A DNA stretch of 64,000 nucleotides from a virus, in IMG/VR virus record IMGVR_UViG_3300022746_000018. One strand, 5' to 3'. Position numbers and translations under genes: made by a program. Numbering within the stretch: the first letter of the stretch is position 1; every line of letters begins with the position of its first letter. This document shows, piece by piece, positions 40,984-51,106 of the stretch. Below the pieces are notes generated by a model, which was given only the letters and a program-made list of their open reading frames with translations, was not told the origin of the DNA and did no database searches.

Positions 40984-41515
40984 CGTTGCTCACCACCACA
41001 GTTATTACTTCTTTATCTTTGGATACTGATGAAAGTCTACGCATGATATCGTCTCTAATTTGTGGATAGTCTCTTGCAATATCCTTAAGAATGTTTACTA
41101 GGACTTCCTGCTTACGCTCAATCTCAACCATCTCTTCTGCCAGCTCCTTGTTTTCTAGCAGACCAGCCTTCTGAAGCATATCAATACGCTTAGACTCAAG
41201 GTCCATGACTAGCTTAATACCAGAAGTCTTAGCCTGTAGGTTTGCAGTTGTCGTAGCATCATCAATAACTTCATATGCCTTCTGGATTAGTTTAGTGTAA
41301 TGAGTGTCTGCTCCTACCAGGGCTTCTTTGGCTCTAGCACGGATAGCAGCATTATCTGCAGCCATGCTACGCCACTCATTAATATAAGCCACAACTTTTT
41401 GTCTAGGCATGGCAAGCTCTTTGGAGATCTGGGTAGGTTCATTACCTGCCAGATATTTTTCTACAACCTTGTTTACTTCATCAAGGTGTTCTACGGTTAG
41501 GTCCTCAAATGACAC
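40976..41515 (-). CDS. putative terminase small subunit / HTH DNA-binding protein
   Basis: N-terminal HTH (EPTQISKELAMPRQKVVAYINEW). Immediately upstream of and overlapping terL. Confidence 0.5.
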   Translation of the reverse strand: MSFEDLTVEHLDEVNKVVEKYLAGNEPTQISKELAMPRQKVVAYINEWRSMAADNAAIRARAKEALVGADTHYTKLIQKAYEVIDDATTTANLQAKTSGIKLVMDLESKRIDMLQKAGLLENKELAEEMVEIERKQEVLVNILKDIARDYPQIRDDIMRRLSSVSKDKEVITVVVSNDV

Positions 41516-41795
41516 GCTTTGCTCTCTTTCCTCGTTGTGGAATACGCTTTACCATTTCTGGTCTGAACGACCGATAAGCAGATGCCGAGGCACGGAATAC
41601 CTCAAAGCAATCTACCCATACAGCTCCAGTCTCAGTATTCGTAACTAGGCTATCAAACTTAAACTTAGTTCCATACTGACCAGATACCTTTATAAGGTCA
41701 CCCTTAACAATTTCAAATCCATTAACAATTACCCTATCCTCACGGACAAACTTTTTTGCCATTTCTGGAACAACATACTTTTTAGGTCTAGCCAT
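41505..41795 (-). CDS. hypothetical basic protein (96 aa)
   Basis: Track ORF. Confidence 0.7.
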   Translation of the reverse strand: MARPKKYVVPEMAKKFVREDRVIVNGFEIVKGDLIKVSGQYGTKFKFDSLVTNTETGAVWVDCFEVFRASASAYRSFRPEMVKRIPQRGKRAKRVI

Positions 41796-41955
41796 TTGTT
41801 TCCCTTACTGATACATATTTCATACAGCGATCACAAGACTCATATGTATACCCTGTAAAAGGGCATGATGCCTTGTGTGTGTTCTCGTGCTTGCAGCCAA
41901 TTCTAACTAGATAAGACTTTGCTACGTGAACAAAATGCTTTAAAACTCTTTTCAT
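41788..41955 (-). CDS. Cys/His-rich mini-protein (55 aa)
   Basis: Hand-translated MKRVLKHFVHVAKSYLVRIGCKHENTHKASCPFTGYTYESCDRCMKY... It overlaps both neighbours. Confidence 0.5.
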   Translation of the reverse strand: MKRVLKHFVHVAKSYLVRIGCKHENTHKASCPFTGYTYESCDRCMKYVSVRETNG

Positions 41956-42107
41956 CTTTTACTCTTTCTTAACCCAAACTTAGCTAGATAAACATAGATG
42001 GTTTCTACGCTTGTCCCACACTCTTTAGCAATCTCTTCTGGAGTCTTCTTATCTAGGTGATATCTCTTCTTGAGCCATGCTTCGCTGGTATATAGTTTAG
42101 TAGCCAT
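41952..42107 (-). CDS. HTH mini-protein (51 aa)
   Basis: Hand-translated MATKLYTSEAWLKKRYHLDKKTPEEIAKECGTSVETIYVYLAKFGLRKSKR. TAATG and ATGA coupling. Confidence 0.5.
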   Translation of the reverse strand: MATKLYTSEAWLKKRYHLDKKTPEEIAKECGTSVETIYVYLAKFGLRKSKR

Positions 42108-42685
42108 TACTTTGCAATCTTTCCCCAGTTATTGATAGCATAATGACCAATACCGACAGCATCAGCCACGTCATCATCCTGGATATTCTTGTCATAGAAT
42201 CCATTGACAAAGGTAATGGTCTTTTGCTTTCGAACTTCTCGCTCTTTAGCTTTATACCAAGTCTTTGTTTTATTTGGGAATTCATTCATTATAGCTTGTT
42301 TTTCCATTGCTGTCAACTTGCCATTGCCAATATACGTTTGCCATGTAATTGGATTGATTGAACCTGCAGTTCTAATACCTGCAATTCTTGCAGCTCCCAG
42401 CAAAGCTCCTTGAATCAGGGCTAGATCAGAAGCAGTCTTTGGGCTATTAATAAATACTGTATGTTCAATAACAATTGCATCTATTTTAAAATTTTTAAGG
42501 AATGGCAAAGTTTTTCTTGCAGCATCTCCTAGTTTTTGATAAGCGTTAAGGCCATCAAATCTAATCTTTCCATATTTAACTAATGACTTGCCCTCAAAAA
42601 TAGAAAAGGCCAGACTTGTGGTGCTTGCATCAATAGCCATAATTACATTTGGTTTATTATTACCTATTTGTGCTAGCTTACTCAA
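42107..42685 (-). CDS. ruvC: RuvC-like Holliday junction resolvase
   Basis: IMAIDASTTSLAFSIF...IVIEH...DDDVADAVGIGHY acidic tetrad pattern. Confidence 0.75.
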   Translation of the reverse strand: MSKLAQIGNNKPNVIMAIDASTTSLAFSIFEGKSLVKYGKIRFDGLNAYQKLGDAARKTLPFLKNFKIDAIVIEHTVFINSPKTASDLALIQGALLGAARIAGIRTAGSINPITWQTYIGNGKLTAMEKQAIMNEFPNKTKTWYKAKEREVRKQKTITFVNGFYDKNIQDDDVADAVGIGHYAINNWGKIAK

Positions 42686-42965
42686 GTCCGAACCTCTTCA
42701 TTTCCTTTAATGCCCTACCGACATCTTTTGGATTTACAGAACATACGCTACACAGAATGTCGTCATTATAGATTGATAATTCAGCATTACAAGATTTGCA
42801 GTTACGTTTTTTACCATTTGCTCTTCTTGAAATTCTTGATATCTGATATCTAGCAGCAATCTTTTCTTTAGTTGCTGCTTCACGACACTCTGCGGAGCAG
42901 TATATCTGATAGCTTATTTTTGTTTGAAATTGGTGGTCACACCATTCACAGTGTTTGTTTTTCAT
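42678..42965 (-). CDS. zinc-finger protein (95 aa)
   Basis: CEWCDHQF...YCSAECRE and CKSCNA...CSVC motifs. Confidence 0.7.
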   Translation of the reverse strand: MKNKHCEWCDHQFQTKISYQIYCSAECREAATKEKIAARYQISRISRRANGKKRNCKSCNAELSIYNDDILCSVCSVNPKDVGRALKEMKRFGLE

Positions 42966-43770
42966 CTAGTGGCTCCAAGGAATTAATTTTTAATACCCCA
43001 GTTCCTGCATTATCGCAAGCTTCCCGAATCGGACAAGTCTTACAGATCTTTGAATTGCTGCGATAGTTCTTGGTAGGAAGAGTCTTATCTTCCCAAGCCT
43101 TTCGAACAGTTCGCATCCAATCAAATGCATTCTCCACCCACTGATACATATACTCATTTAGTTCGATTGGAATAATCAAAAGTTCATGAGTATTTTTGTT
43201 TTCATAAATAAGAACTGATTTATTCTTATTCATAATCTTCATATAGATAAGCAGCTGAACTAGATGTCCTAGCTTTGGCTTACCCGAAATCTTGCGATAC
43301 TCAAAAGCATCGTGAGGCATAGTCTTAATCTCACCAAGAAGTTCTGACCCTTCCCAGTTAAGCATAACGTCACCAAATCCAAAGATTGGTGGGTCATTAG
43401 ATGTAACCTTAAACTCTGAATCAACCAAGAAGCCAGGAACATTTCCCATTGCTTCCTGAATTCTTTCATGTGACTTGGTTCCTGCTGTCATGTTAGCAGC
43501 ACCATAAGCATCTGCATTGTCAGTGAAATTAGCACCTTCAAATGCTAGATACCAGTAACGAGGACATTCTCCGTGAGAGAATGCAATTGTGCTTGGAGCA
43601 AATGTCTTTTTGGTTGTAAACTTGTCCACACGGTTAATGGTGTATCCAGAATTAATCTTTGCAATAAGAGCATCTTTATCAAGAAAAGATGGTTTTGATT
43701 CTGGACCATTTTCCATCTTCTTGAGCATTACTTGCTGTAATAAATTTTTTGCCATAATGTTATCGAACAA
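42946..43770 (-). CDS. Cas4/AddB-type PD-(D/E)XK exonuclease with Fe-S Cys cluster
   Basis: N-terminal HGECPRYW Cys, a GEIK-type core, and C-terminal CKTCPIREAC. Confidence 0.7.
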   Translation of the reverse strand: MFDNIMAKNLLQQVMLKKMENGPESKPSFLDKDALIAKINSGYTINRVDKFTTKKTFAPSTIAFSHGECPRYWYLAFEGANFTDNADAYGAANMTAGTKSHERIQEAMGNVPGFLVDSEFKVTSNDPPIFGFGDVMLNWEGSELLGEIKTMPHDAFEYRKISGKPKLGHLVQLLIYMKIMNKNKSVLIYENKNTHELLIIPIELNEYMYQWVENAFDWMRTVRKAWEDKTLPTKNYRSNSKICKTCPIREACDNAGTGVLKINSLEPLDEKQTL

Positions 43771-44065
43771 TATACTTTAGTGCTGATACAAGGTCAGTAA
43801 TGGCCTCGTGAGCAGTGAAGTAAATATTCTTCTTCTCCCTATTTCCTTTGTCTACGTTAACCATCCAGGTTGCTTTAAATGCCATCTTGGCAGCGATTGC
43901 CTGGAGTCTAACGATCTCTATGGTGGCAACATTTAGTGGAATATCTGGCTTAATGATTAGCTTGGCAATAAAAGTAAGAGCCTCAGTTAGTTCATCATCA
44001 TTCATGTAGTCAGCAATCTCTGAGAGACCGTTGACCATATCAATTGTCGTTTTATTTTGTTCCAT
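43760..44065 (-). CDS. hypothetical protein (101 aa)
   Basis: Track ORF. Confidence 0.7.
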   Translation of the reverse strand: MEQNKTTIDMVNGLSEIADYMNDDELTEALTFIAKLIIKPDIPLNVATIEIVRLQAIAAKMAFKATWMVNVDKGNREKKNIYFTAHEAITDLVSALKYIVR

Positions 44066-44092
44066 TAGTTTTCCTTAAACATTGTATTTCTA

Positions 44093-44380
44093 TTATACAT
44101 CATCAGACAGGATTTGTTCAAGTAAAGATAGCTCAATTATAGCAAGCCTTGTCTTTGGAGCACTATCTCCAATAACAACAACGATAGCAGGATCGTTGCC
44201 ATTTCGAATAGCATCAGTAGTAGCTTTGGCCCATACATCCTTATTAAGTGTAAAGCTTTTGCCAACTTCTTTGAAGTCAACTGTAAAGTTTTCCCAGGTA
44301 GCATCTCCCTTATGAGTTCCTCTACCTGAGTTCTTGTGTTGTTTAGCTCCAATACGCTTACTCTCGCTCTGTTCGCTCAT
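44093..44380 (-). CDS. small PD-(D/E)XK-like nuclease (tentative)
   Basis: NSGRGTHKGD...VDFKEV resembles a GD...(D/E)xK core. Motif-level call only. Confidence 0.5.
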   Translation of the reverse strand: MSEQSESKRIGAKQHKNSGRGTHKGDATWENFTVDFKEVGKSFTLNKDVWAKATTDAIRNGNDPAIVVVIGDSAPKTRLAIIELSLLEQILSDDV

Positions 44381-44543
44381 AGTCTTCCTTTTTCTTTTTA
44401 GTATTAAGACTTACTTCACTTAAATGTTTTTCTGGACACATCCAAGTTAGTTTCTTAAGCTCTGGGTAAGAGCGGAGGGTTTTAACCTCCGCCTTACACA
44501 CATGACATACGAATGAGCCTGGGTATATGTTATACCGTGCCAT
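44358..44543 (-). CDS. zinc-ribbon mini-protein (61 aa)
   Basis: CHVCKAE...CPEKH. Confidence 0.65.
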   Translation of the reverse strand: MARYNIYPGSFVCHVCKAEVKTLRSYPELKKLTWMCPEKHLSEVSLNTKKKKEDYERTERE

Positions 44544-45546
44544 TGACCTTTTCCTTAATTAAATCTTGTAGGTCTAAGTCTTCACGGACTCTTGCTACGA
44601 ATTTTTCTCTACCTTGCAACTTATCTCCACTGCCGTCTGGCAAAATATACCAAGCACCAGTTCTCTCTACAATACCCATCATTTCAGCAGTGTCTACTAG
44701 ATCGCCTATGCTATCTACACCCACGTCACCACGGAAATAGAAGTCATATTCACCAGACTGAAAAGCAGGTGAAGTCTTTGAGAACTGAACTTCCCAACGA
44801 ACTCTGCGTCCTACCTTCTCTTCAATGAGCTTATCTCCCACCGCAATCTTGCCTTTAATAGCCTGATTGTCTGACTCAGAAGAGAAAAGTTTGATAACGG
44901 TTGAACTATAGAACTTAGTCGCTTGACCACCCGAAGGCTGCTGACTTGTATACATAGCACTAATATTATTACGAGATTGACTAATAAGAACAAGCATCGT
45001 AGGCTTAACCTTATTATTGGCATAGTTAAGCATTTTCCATGCGTTGCTAAAGTCTCTAGACTCAGCTCCAATTTGCTTGGTGTTTTCAAGCTCTTTGAGT
45101 TCATCAGTTCCCTTTTCAAAATAAATAGCTGGCAGAAGTGAAGTAATAGAGTCAACAACAATTAGGTCAACCCCAGCATTCATAAGTGCAACACCTACGT
45201 CTACCATCTCGTTAATTGTTCTTGCTTGTGATACGATTAGCTTGTCTGTATCTACCCCTAGCTTTTCTGCCCACTCTTCAGAATATGACATCTCAGCATC
45301 GATCCAGGCACAAAGCTTTCCCTCTTGCTGGGCTAGGGCAATCATCTGAAGGCACATAGAGGACTTTGCAGACGACTTTGAACCCCAAATAAGAACCTGT
45401 CTACCATATGGCAAACCGCCATTCAGAGCACGATTAAGACCAAAGCTAGGAGTCTTCTGGAACTCAGTCTTAAAACCAATTCCAGTTGTTAGACGTTTAC
45501 GAATCTTTGGGTCCAGCTGTGCGAGAGCTTCTTCGACTGTTGTCAT
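44530..45546 (-). CDS. RecA/RadA-family recombinase (Sak4/UvsX-like)
   Basis: Walker A WGSKSSAKSS, Walker B DLIVVDSITSL, and RecA-like length and order. Confidence 0.75.
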   Translation of the reverse strand: MTTVEEALAQLDPKIRKRLTTGIGFKTEFQKTPSFGLNRALNGGLPYGRQVLIWGSKSSAKSSMCLQMIALAQQEGKLCAWIDAEMSYSEEWAEKLGVDTDKLIVSQARTINEMVDVGVALMNAGVDLIVVDSITSLLPAIYFEKGTDELKELENTKQIGAESRDFSNAWKMLNYANNKVKPTMLVLISQSRNNISAMYTSQQPSGGQATKFYSSTVIKLFSSESDNQAIKGKIAVGDKLIEEKVGRRVRWEVQFSKTSPAFQSGEYDFYFRGDVGVDSIGDLVDTAEMMGIVERTGAWYILPDGSGDKLQGREKFVARVREDLDLQDLIKEKVNGTV

Positions 45547-45767
45547 TAATTAGCCAGCCCATCTAGCTTGTCTGGCTTGTATCCTGCCCATGAATCGTTG
45601 TCAGTAATTACCACTGGAGCAGCCTGGAAGCCCAAAGCAACAATCTTGTCATATGCTTCCTGGTCCTGGGTGATATCTACTGTAGCAAACTCAATGTTGA
45701 GCTTCTTTAGATGTCTCTTAGTAGCATCACATTGAACACATGATGGCTTTGTATATACTGTAATCAT
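45546..45767 (-). CDS. nrdH: NrdH-like glutaredoxin
   Basis: 73 aa with a CVQC redox motif near the N-terminus and WAGY/KPDKL C-terminal pattern. Confidence 0.8.
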   Translation of the reverse strand: MITVYTKPSCVQCDATKRHLKKLNIEFATVDITQDQEAYDKIVALGFQAAPVVITDNDSWAGYKPDKLDGLAN

Positions 45768-46102
45768 TAGAATCTTACTCCGTGCTTCTCAGGACGTGCC
45801 TGGTTAATATTAGTCTTCTTTTCAAATGCGTGATCTAGAGATATCGTAGTGTATCCATGCTCTACAAGACCTGCGTATAGATCAAAAGTGCGGATAAGAA
45901 TATCTGCCATTTCATCGGCAACTTCTTCCTCTCCCTTATCCTTTCGGATAGCCTCCATAACCTCCACAGCCTCTGATACAATCATCATTAGCTGCTTGGT
46001 TACAAAGATGTCTGTCTGCTCCTGTGTAGCGTCCTCCAAGACGCTCCAGAAGCCCTTTTTGACTGCAGTTTCATGCAGCTGTTCACAAATGTCATCAAAC
46101 AT
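45767..46102 (-). CDS. mazG: MazG-like nucleotide pyrophosphohydrolase
   Basis: EAVEVMEA...EEVADEMADILIR EEXX(E/D) pattern. Confidence 0.75.
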   Translation of the reverse strand: MFDDICEQLHETAVKKGFWSVLEDATQEQTDIFVTKQLMMIVSEAVEVMEAIRKDKGEEEVADEMADILIRTFDLYAGLVEHGYTTISLDHAFEKKTNINQARPEKHGVRF

Positions 46103-49100
46103 TGTATACCTCTTCCATTATTGTTGTTCCGTCCTTAGTTTTACCAAGGTCAAATTTATATACTCCACCCTCGTCAATTTTCATATAGGCCTTTGAGAAG
46201 TTTGTTGGGAATACTGTCACACTTTGTAGTTCACGAGTTGAGTCAGCAAGCACTAGAGATGCCATCTTCTTTCCAGCCTTAGTTACACGAGGCTTAAACG
46301 ATACCACAAACTTTTCATCTTCCTTGAATGGCAGAGTCTTGTAGTTTAGAATTTTTACTAGTCCAGACTGATTGCCCTTAATTTCATCTGCTGGAATAGC
46401 ATTAGTAACACGGTTATCGCTGGCAAGAATTAGATAAGTCTTTCCTGGCTCAATGGTTGTCTGTTCTTCATCGAAGATACCAACACTACCAGTCTTATCT
46501 AGGATCTCTACACGAGACCATCCCTTGCCACGCTTGATAGCTTTTACCATTCCCATGAGGATGAATGAGCCCTTTTCTTCGTAGTCTTCGGCATCATTGA
46601 TGAATGCATAATAATGCTGTGGGACCGTGATGTTAAACTCTGGAAGATTAAGATATTCATAGAGATTCTCACGAATTTCTTCATCATTTCTAGGATTGTC
46701 TTCAAAGGTTGCAGCACCAACAGCTCTAAGAGCCTGAAGAGCACGAGAATTAACACCATTACCCTTAGTAAAAGTAAACTCTTCAAGTTCTTTATATGAG
46801 CTAAAAGGACGAGCATCAATAAACTTGCTAGCAATGTTGTCTGAAATAAACTTAATTGCTGATAGTCCAAAACGGATTCCCTTTCCCTCAATCTTAAAAT
46901 CAATGTCTGAATCATTTACGTGTGGCAAACGGACAGGAATACCCATACGCTTGGCCTCAATAAGATACTCAGTTCGTGCATCCTTATCGCCCTCATTCTT
47001 AAGTAGCGAATACATGAACTCAATTGGATAGTAGTTCTTTAGCCATGCAGTCCAATATGACACAGTAGAGTATGCAACAGCGTGTGACTTGTTAAACGAA
47101 TATCCTGCGTGAGCCTCAAAGTCATGCCATAGTTCTTCTGCTACTGCTGGATTCAAATACTGAGAAGCTCCAGATACGAACTTGTCCTTGAACTGGTCGA
47201 ATTCCTTAGCATCCTTCTTCTTACCAATGATCTTACGAACCTTATCGGCCTCAGCCATTGTCATACCGCCAAGTTCTACACAGGCAAGCATAACTTGTTC
47301 CTGATACAGAATACAGCCATATGTTTCCTGGGTAAAAGCTTTCATTCTAGTGTGCTTATAGTCTAGGTTCTGCTTACCGTGCTTACGAGCAATGTAATCT
47401 TTACCGATAGTGTTCATAGCACCTGGACGAACCAAAGCATTAGAAGCAGCAAGTTCTGCAAAGCTCTTTACACCCATCTTAACTAGAAGATTCGTGTATG
47501 GAGTTGCTTCACACTGGAAAACACCCTTAGTGAATCCATCAGACAGCATGGCGTAGACGTTCTTGTCTTCCATATCAATATCATGCAGATCGATAGTCTT
47601 ACCAGTTCGATCCTTAATAATTTTTAGTGTGTCTTGAATAACAGATAGAGTTTTTAGACCAAGTGCGTCAATCTTAATTAGACCAATACGCTCTGCTTCT
47701 TCCATGTCTACCGCCACAACAGGAATACGCTCTTTGTTTCCTGGCGATGTGCGAGTCTCTAGAGGAGCAAACTTAAAGATAGGCTGCTTTGAGGTCACAA
47801 CACCTGCAGCGTGAATACCAGTGCCACGGATGCGTCCACGAAGTTGCTCTCCATACTGCTCAACTTCTGGATACTTTTCACGGAACCATGATGCTTGCTT
47901 TGAAGAGCAATAGTCGTCCCAGTCGTCAATAGTCTTAAGAACCTTGTTTACGTCAGTCAGAGGGATCATTAGAACACGAGAAATGTCACGAACAATGCCC
48001 TTACCCTTGAACTCAAGGAATGTAGCGATAGATGCAACATGGCGATACTGACGAACCAGATAGTCCTTTACTTCTTCACGGCGTGAGTCCTGAATATCGG
48101 TATCGATATCTGGGAAGTCGTTACGCTCTGGGTTAATGAATCGGAAGAACAGCAGTCCATGCTTAATGGGGTCAATGTCAGTGATGCCTAGAGCATAGCA
48201 AACTAGAGAACCAGCAGCAGAACCACGTCCTGGTCCAACCATAATGTCTTCTTTCTTAGCCCAATTAATCATGTTACGAACTACTAGGAAGTATGGTCCA
48301 AACTTCTTATCCTTAATTACCTGAAGCTCTTCATCAAGACGTGCCAGATATTCCTCATTCTTATCAAGACCCATGCTTGCAAGACCTTCAAGAGCAAGGT
48401 TCTTAATTTCACTATCTGGATCTTGATACTGTGCAGGAAGAAGGTCTAGATGATCTTTGATATTATAGTCTTCAATCTTGTTTACAATCTCAATGGTATT
48501 GTCATACATATCCTGACGATCGATACCCTGGGCTTCCATAGCCTTGTGCATCTCTTCATCCGATAATAGGTGAATCTCAAAGTCACGGAAAGTCATTTGA
48601 CGATCTGCACCATAAAGGTAGTCTAGACGGTCCATGAGATTATCCATACTTGCAGACTTATCGTAGGTAACATCTTTAACAGTCTTGTTTGAATAAGAGT
48701 TAAGGATAAGCTTTAGCTCCTGAATCTCACGCTGTGCTGGATCAGAGTGGTGGCAGTCTGGAGTGACGATTGGCTTTAGTCCAAACTCGTCTGCAAGGGC
48801 TAGAATAGTTTTATTTACTTCTGGAGGATTGTGTGGCATTACCTCAATGTAATAATCATCTCCAAATGTTTCTTTAGCCCACTTAAGATGCATCTTAGCA
48901 GCAGCTAGGTTGTCTGCCTCAATTGCCTTTGCAAGGTATCCTGATAGGCAGCCAGAGGTAATTACAAGCCCCTCTTTATACTGCTCTAGAATTGCCCAGT
49001 CCATACGAGGCTTCTTGAAGAACCCCTCAGTCCAGGCAAGTTCATTTAGCTTGTTAAGGTTTTCTAGACCCTTTTCATTCTTTGCAAGCACAATAAGGTG

Positions 49101-49373
49101 ATTGTAGTTTAGATCAAGTGGGTCGTTCTTGTCTTTCTTGTCTTCGTGGTCAAAGCGATCCTTGGTAATGTATCCCTCAATGCCCAGGATTGGCTTAATA
49201 CCCTTTTCCTTAGCAGCACGATACATTTCACGGTGCCCAGATAGCGAACCGTGGTCAGTAATTGCGATGGCTGGCATACCAATTTCTACAGCCCTATCCA
49301 CATATTCCTGTGGGGTAGCGATGCCATCGAATAGGCTGTAGTGAGTGTGAACGTGAAGTCCAGCGTAACTCAT
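46095..49373 (-). CDS. dnaE: DNA polymerase III alpha subunit
   Basis: 1092 aa with an N-terminal PHP domain (HVHTHYSLFDG) and a Pol IIIα core (GRGSAAGSLV, FPDIDTD). Confidence 0.95.
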   Translation of the reverse strand: MSYAGLHVHTHYSLFDGIATPQEYVDRAVEIGMPAIAITDHGSLSGHREMYRAAKEKGIKPILGIEGYITKDRFDHEDKKDKNDPLDLNYNHLIVLAKNEKGLENLNKLNELAWTEGFFKKPRMDWAILEQYKEGLVITSGCLSGYLAKAIEADNLAAAKMHLKWAKETFGDDYYIEVMPHNPPEVNKTILALADEFGLKPIVTPDCHHSDPAQREIQELKLILNSYSNKTVKDVTYDKSASMDNLMDRLDYLYGADRQMTFRDFEIHLLSDEEMHKAMEAQGIDRQDMYDNTIEIVNKIEDYNIKDHLDLLPAQYQDPDSEIKNLALEGLASMGLDKNEEYLARLDEELQVIKDKKFGPYFLVVRNMINWAKKEDIMVGPGRGSAAGSLVCYALGITDIDPIKHGLLFFRFINPERNDFPDIDTDIQDSRREEVKDYLVRQYRHVASIATFLEFKGKGIVRDISRVLMIPLTDVNKVLKTIDDWDDYCSSKQASWFREKYPEVEQYGEQLRGRIRGTGIHAAGVVTSKQPIFKFAPLETRTSPGNKERIPVVAVDMEEAERIGLIKIDALGLKTLSVIQDTLKIIKDRTGKTIDLHDIDMEDKNVYAMLSDGFTKGVFQCEATPYTNLLVKMGVKSFAELAASNALVRPGAMNTIGKDYIARKHGKQNLDYKHTRMKAFTQETYGCILYQEQVMLACVELGGMTMAEADKVRKIIGKKKDAKEFDQFKDKFVSGASQYLNPAVAEELWHDFEAHAGYSFNKSHAVAYSTVSYWTAWLKNYYPIEFMYSLLKNEGDKDARTEYLIEAKRMGIPVRLPHVNDSDIDFKIEGKGIRFGLSAIKFISDNIASKFIDARPFSSYKELEEFTFTKGNGVNSRALQALRAVGAATFEDNPRNDEEIRENLYEYLNLPEFNITVPQHYYAFINDAEDYEEKGSFILMGMVKAIKRGKGWSRVEILDKTGSVGIFDEEQTTIEPGKTYLILASDNRVTNAIPADEIKGNQSGLVKILNYKTLPFKEDEKFVVSFKPRVTKAGKKMASLVLADSTRELQSVTVFPTNFSKAYMKIDEGGVYKFDLGKTKDGTTIMEEVYNV

Positions 49374-49402
49374 ATATTTTCCTTACGTTTTGTTGTTATA
49401 AA

Positions 49403-49431
49403 AGTATGACATAGTTTTTTTTGAAAGTCAA
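49403..49431 (-). promoter_or_regulatory. promoter TTGACT-N17-CATACT upstream of dnaE
   Basis: -35 at 49431-49426 and -10 at 49408-49403. Confidence 0.55.
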
Positions 49432-49463
49432 TAGCAAAAGGGGGATAAGTTTCCCTATCCCCC
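49432..49463 (-). terminator. rho-independent terminator
   Basis: GGGGGAUA-loop-UAUCCCCC followed by UUUUGCUAUU. Confidence 0.75.
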
Positions 49464-49476
49464 AAGCTAATGCATA

Positions 49477-50130
49477 TTACCAATCGGTATTACTTGAAGT
49501 TACCGAACCAGTATCAAAGCCAAAGTAGAACGACTCCTGCTCTGCATACGGAACCTCACGAACAACCTTTTCAAGATCAAAGGTTTCTAGATTACCCCAC
49601 TGATATGGCTCTGCGTCTGGCTTAATTGGTAGAAGAGTATAGTTAGTCTCAGTTCCCTGACCATTACGCTTAATCTTCCATTCAAGATTTGATACTGAGC
49701 CAGTGTCTAGTGCATACTCACGAATAGTGTTGAATGCTGACTGCTTGCTGATACCCTGTGACCATACAGCGACATATGGCTCTTCAATTCCGTCATTTAC
49801 AATAACGTTGCAATAGAAGCGAAGACGTGAACGCCATCCGCTCTTTGGATCCTTACGTGCCATCTCGCAACCATAGCAACGACCTTCACTATCCATAGTG
49901 CAAGCAGCCTTACGCTTGTAGTCCTTTGGATTGGTGTGTTCTGCGATTACAACCGACAGACCACGTTCAGCTGAGTAACTTGCCGAATCTTCATCCAGCT
50001 CCTCAACAAATCGAATCTTTGCAGACTGTCCGTCTGCCAACTTGACCCAGCGAACCTTCTGACCCGAAGACTCAAACTTCGGCTTGTCTAGGATTGCACT
50101 GATGTCCTTTAGTCCCTTAATAATACTCAT
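49477..50130 (-). CDS. putative ssDNA-binding protein with gp32-like zinc site
   Basis: The H-x12-C-x8-C-x2-C spacing (HTNPKDYKRKAAC TMDSEGR CYGC) resembles the T4 gp32 Zn site. Located between primase and polymerase. Confidence 0.5.
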   Translation of the reverse strand: MSIIKGLKDISAILDKPKFESSGQKVRWVKLADGQSAKIRFVEELDEDSASYSAERGLSVVIAEHTNPKDYKRKAACTMDSEGRCYGCEMARKDPKSGWRSRLRFYCNVIVNDGIEEPYVAVWSQGISKQSAFNTIREYALDTGSVSNLEWKIKRNGQGTETNYTLLPIKPDAEPYQWGNLETFDLEKVVREVPYAEQESFYFGFDTGSVTSSNTDW

Positions 50131-50161
50131 AATATATTTCTCCTGTATCTGAATTGGTATT

Positions 50162-51106
50162 TTAGTTTAGCATAGCAGCGATAGATTTGTCAAACGATTC
50201 TTCAATATTTTTTATTGCTTCATCTGACATATCGCCAATATCCTTATATTGTTTATCTAATGTAATAACGCTAACACGAGATCCTAGCCTTTCAATAAGC
50301 TTATCTTTCATGTTACCGCCAGCTTCATCGTTATCTGCAATGACATATATCTCATTGAAGTATTTTTGAAGTAGGTCTGTTTGGTAGTTGGATACGTTTG
50401 CACCCAATGTAGCTACCGCTGGAAAACCGCATTGGTCAAGTCGAATAGCATCGAATGATGATTCGACAACATATACCTTTCCTGCGGTTTTAGTTCTATG
50501 CAAATTGAATAGCACTTTTGATTTTGGTAGTCCTGGAGTATTTTTAAATTCTTTGCCTTCTACAGAACGCCCAACAAAGCCAACTGCAATTCCATCTGGT
50601 GAGTGAACAGGAATAGTTACCATGTCCTGCTTTTCTGAAAATCCTAATCCAAACTTTTTTACAGATGATTCTGTTATCAATCTACCATTGTAATATCTCA
50701 TAGCACGTGGAGATTCTAGTGCCTGAACATTAAGTCGTTTTATAAGAACATCATCATATGGGGTATACATTGGTTTCTCTACCAGCTTCTTATCTATTTC
50801 GCTAGATAGGTCTGTTTCAGTTTCTTTAGATTTAATAAAACGGACAGCCTCAAAATAGGTTCTGCCAGAAGTATGCATTACAAACTCATTAAGCTCTGCA
50901 ATTTTTTGGCATGAAAAACAGAAAAAGATTCCAGAAGATTTATCAATTTCGCCAGCAGGTGAGCGAGAATTATTGTGATATGGGCAAAAGATGATATAGT
51001 CAGAGTCTACTTCAGATTCGATGCTGATTCCTGATCCAGTAAGGACCCTTTTGATTTGCTCGGCTGTATAGCTATTACTTCTGTTCCATCTATTCCTATT
51101 GTCCAT
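50162..51106 (-). CDS. dnaG: DNA primase (CHC2 zinc finger + TOPRIM)
   Basis: CPYHNNSRSPAGEID...FFCFSC zinc finger, then TOPRIM-type EG/DNDEAG motifs (VVESSFDA, IADNDEAGG). Confidence 0.85.
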   Translation of the reverse strand: MDNRNRWNRSNSYTAEQIKRVLTGSGISIESEVDSDYIIFCPYHNNSRSPAGEIDKSSGIFFCFSCQKIAELNEFVMHTSGRTYFEAVRFIKSKETETDLSSEIDKKLVEKPMYTPYDDVLIKRLNVQALESPRAMRYYNGRLITESSVKKFGLGFSEKQDMVTIPVHSPDGIAVGFVGRSVEGKEFKNTPGLPKSKVLFNLHRTKTAGKVYVVESSFDAIRLDQCGFPAVATLGANVSNYQTDLLQKYFNEIYVIADNDEAGGNMKDKLIERLGSRVSVITLDKQYKDIGDMSDEAIKNIEESFDKSIAAMLN

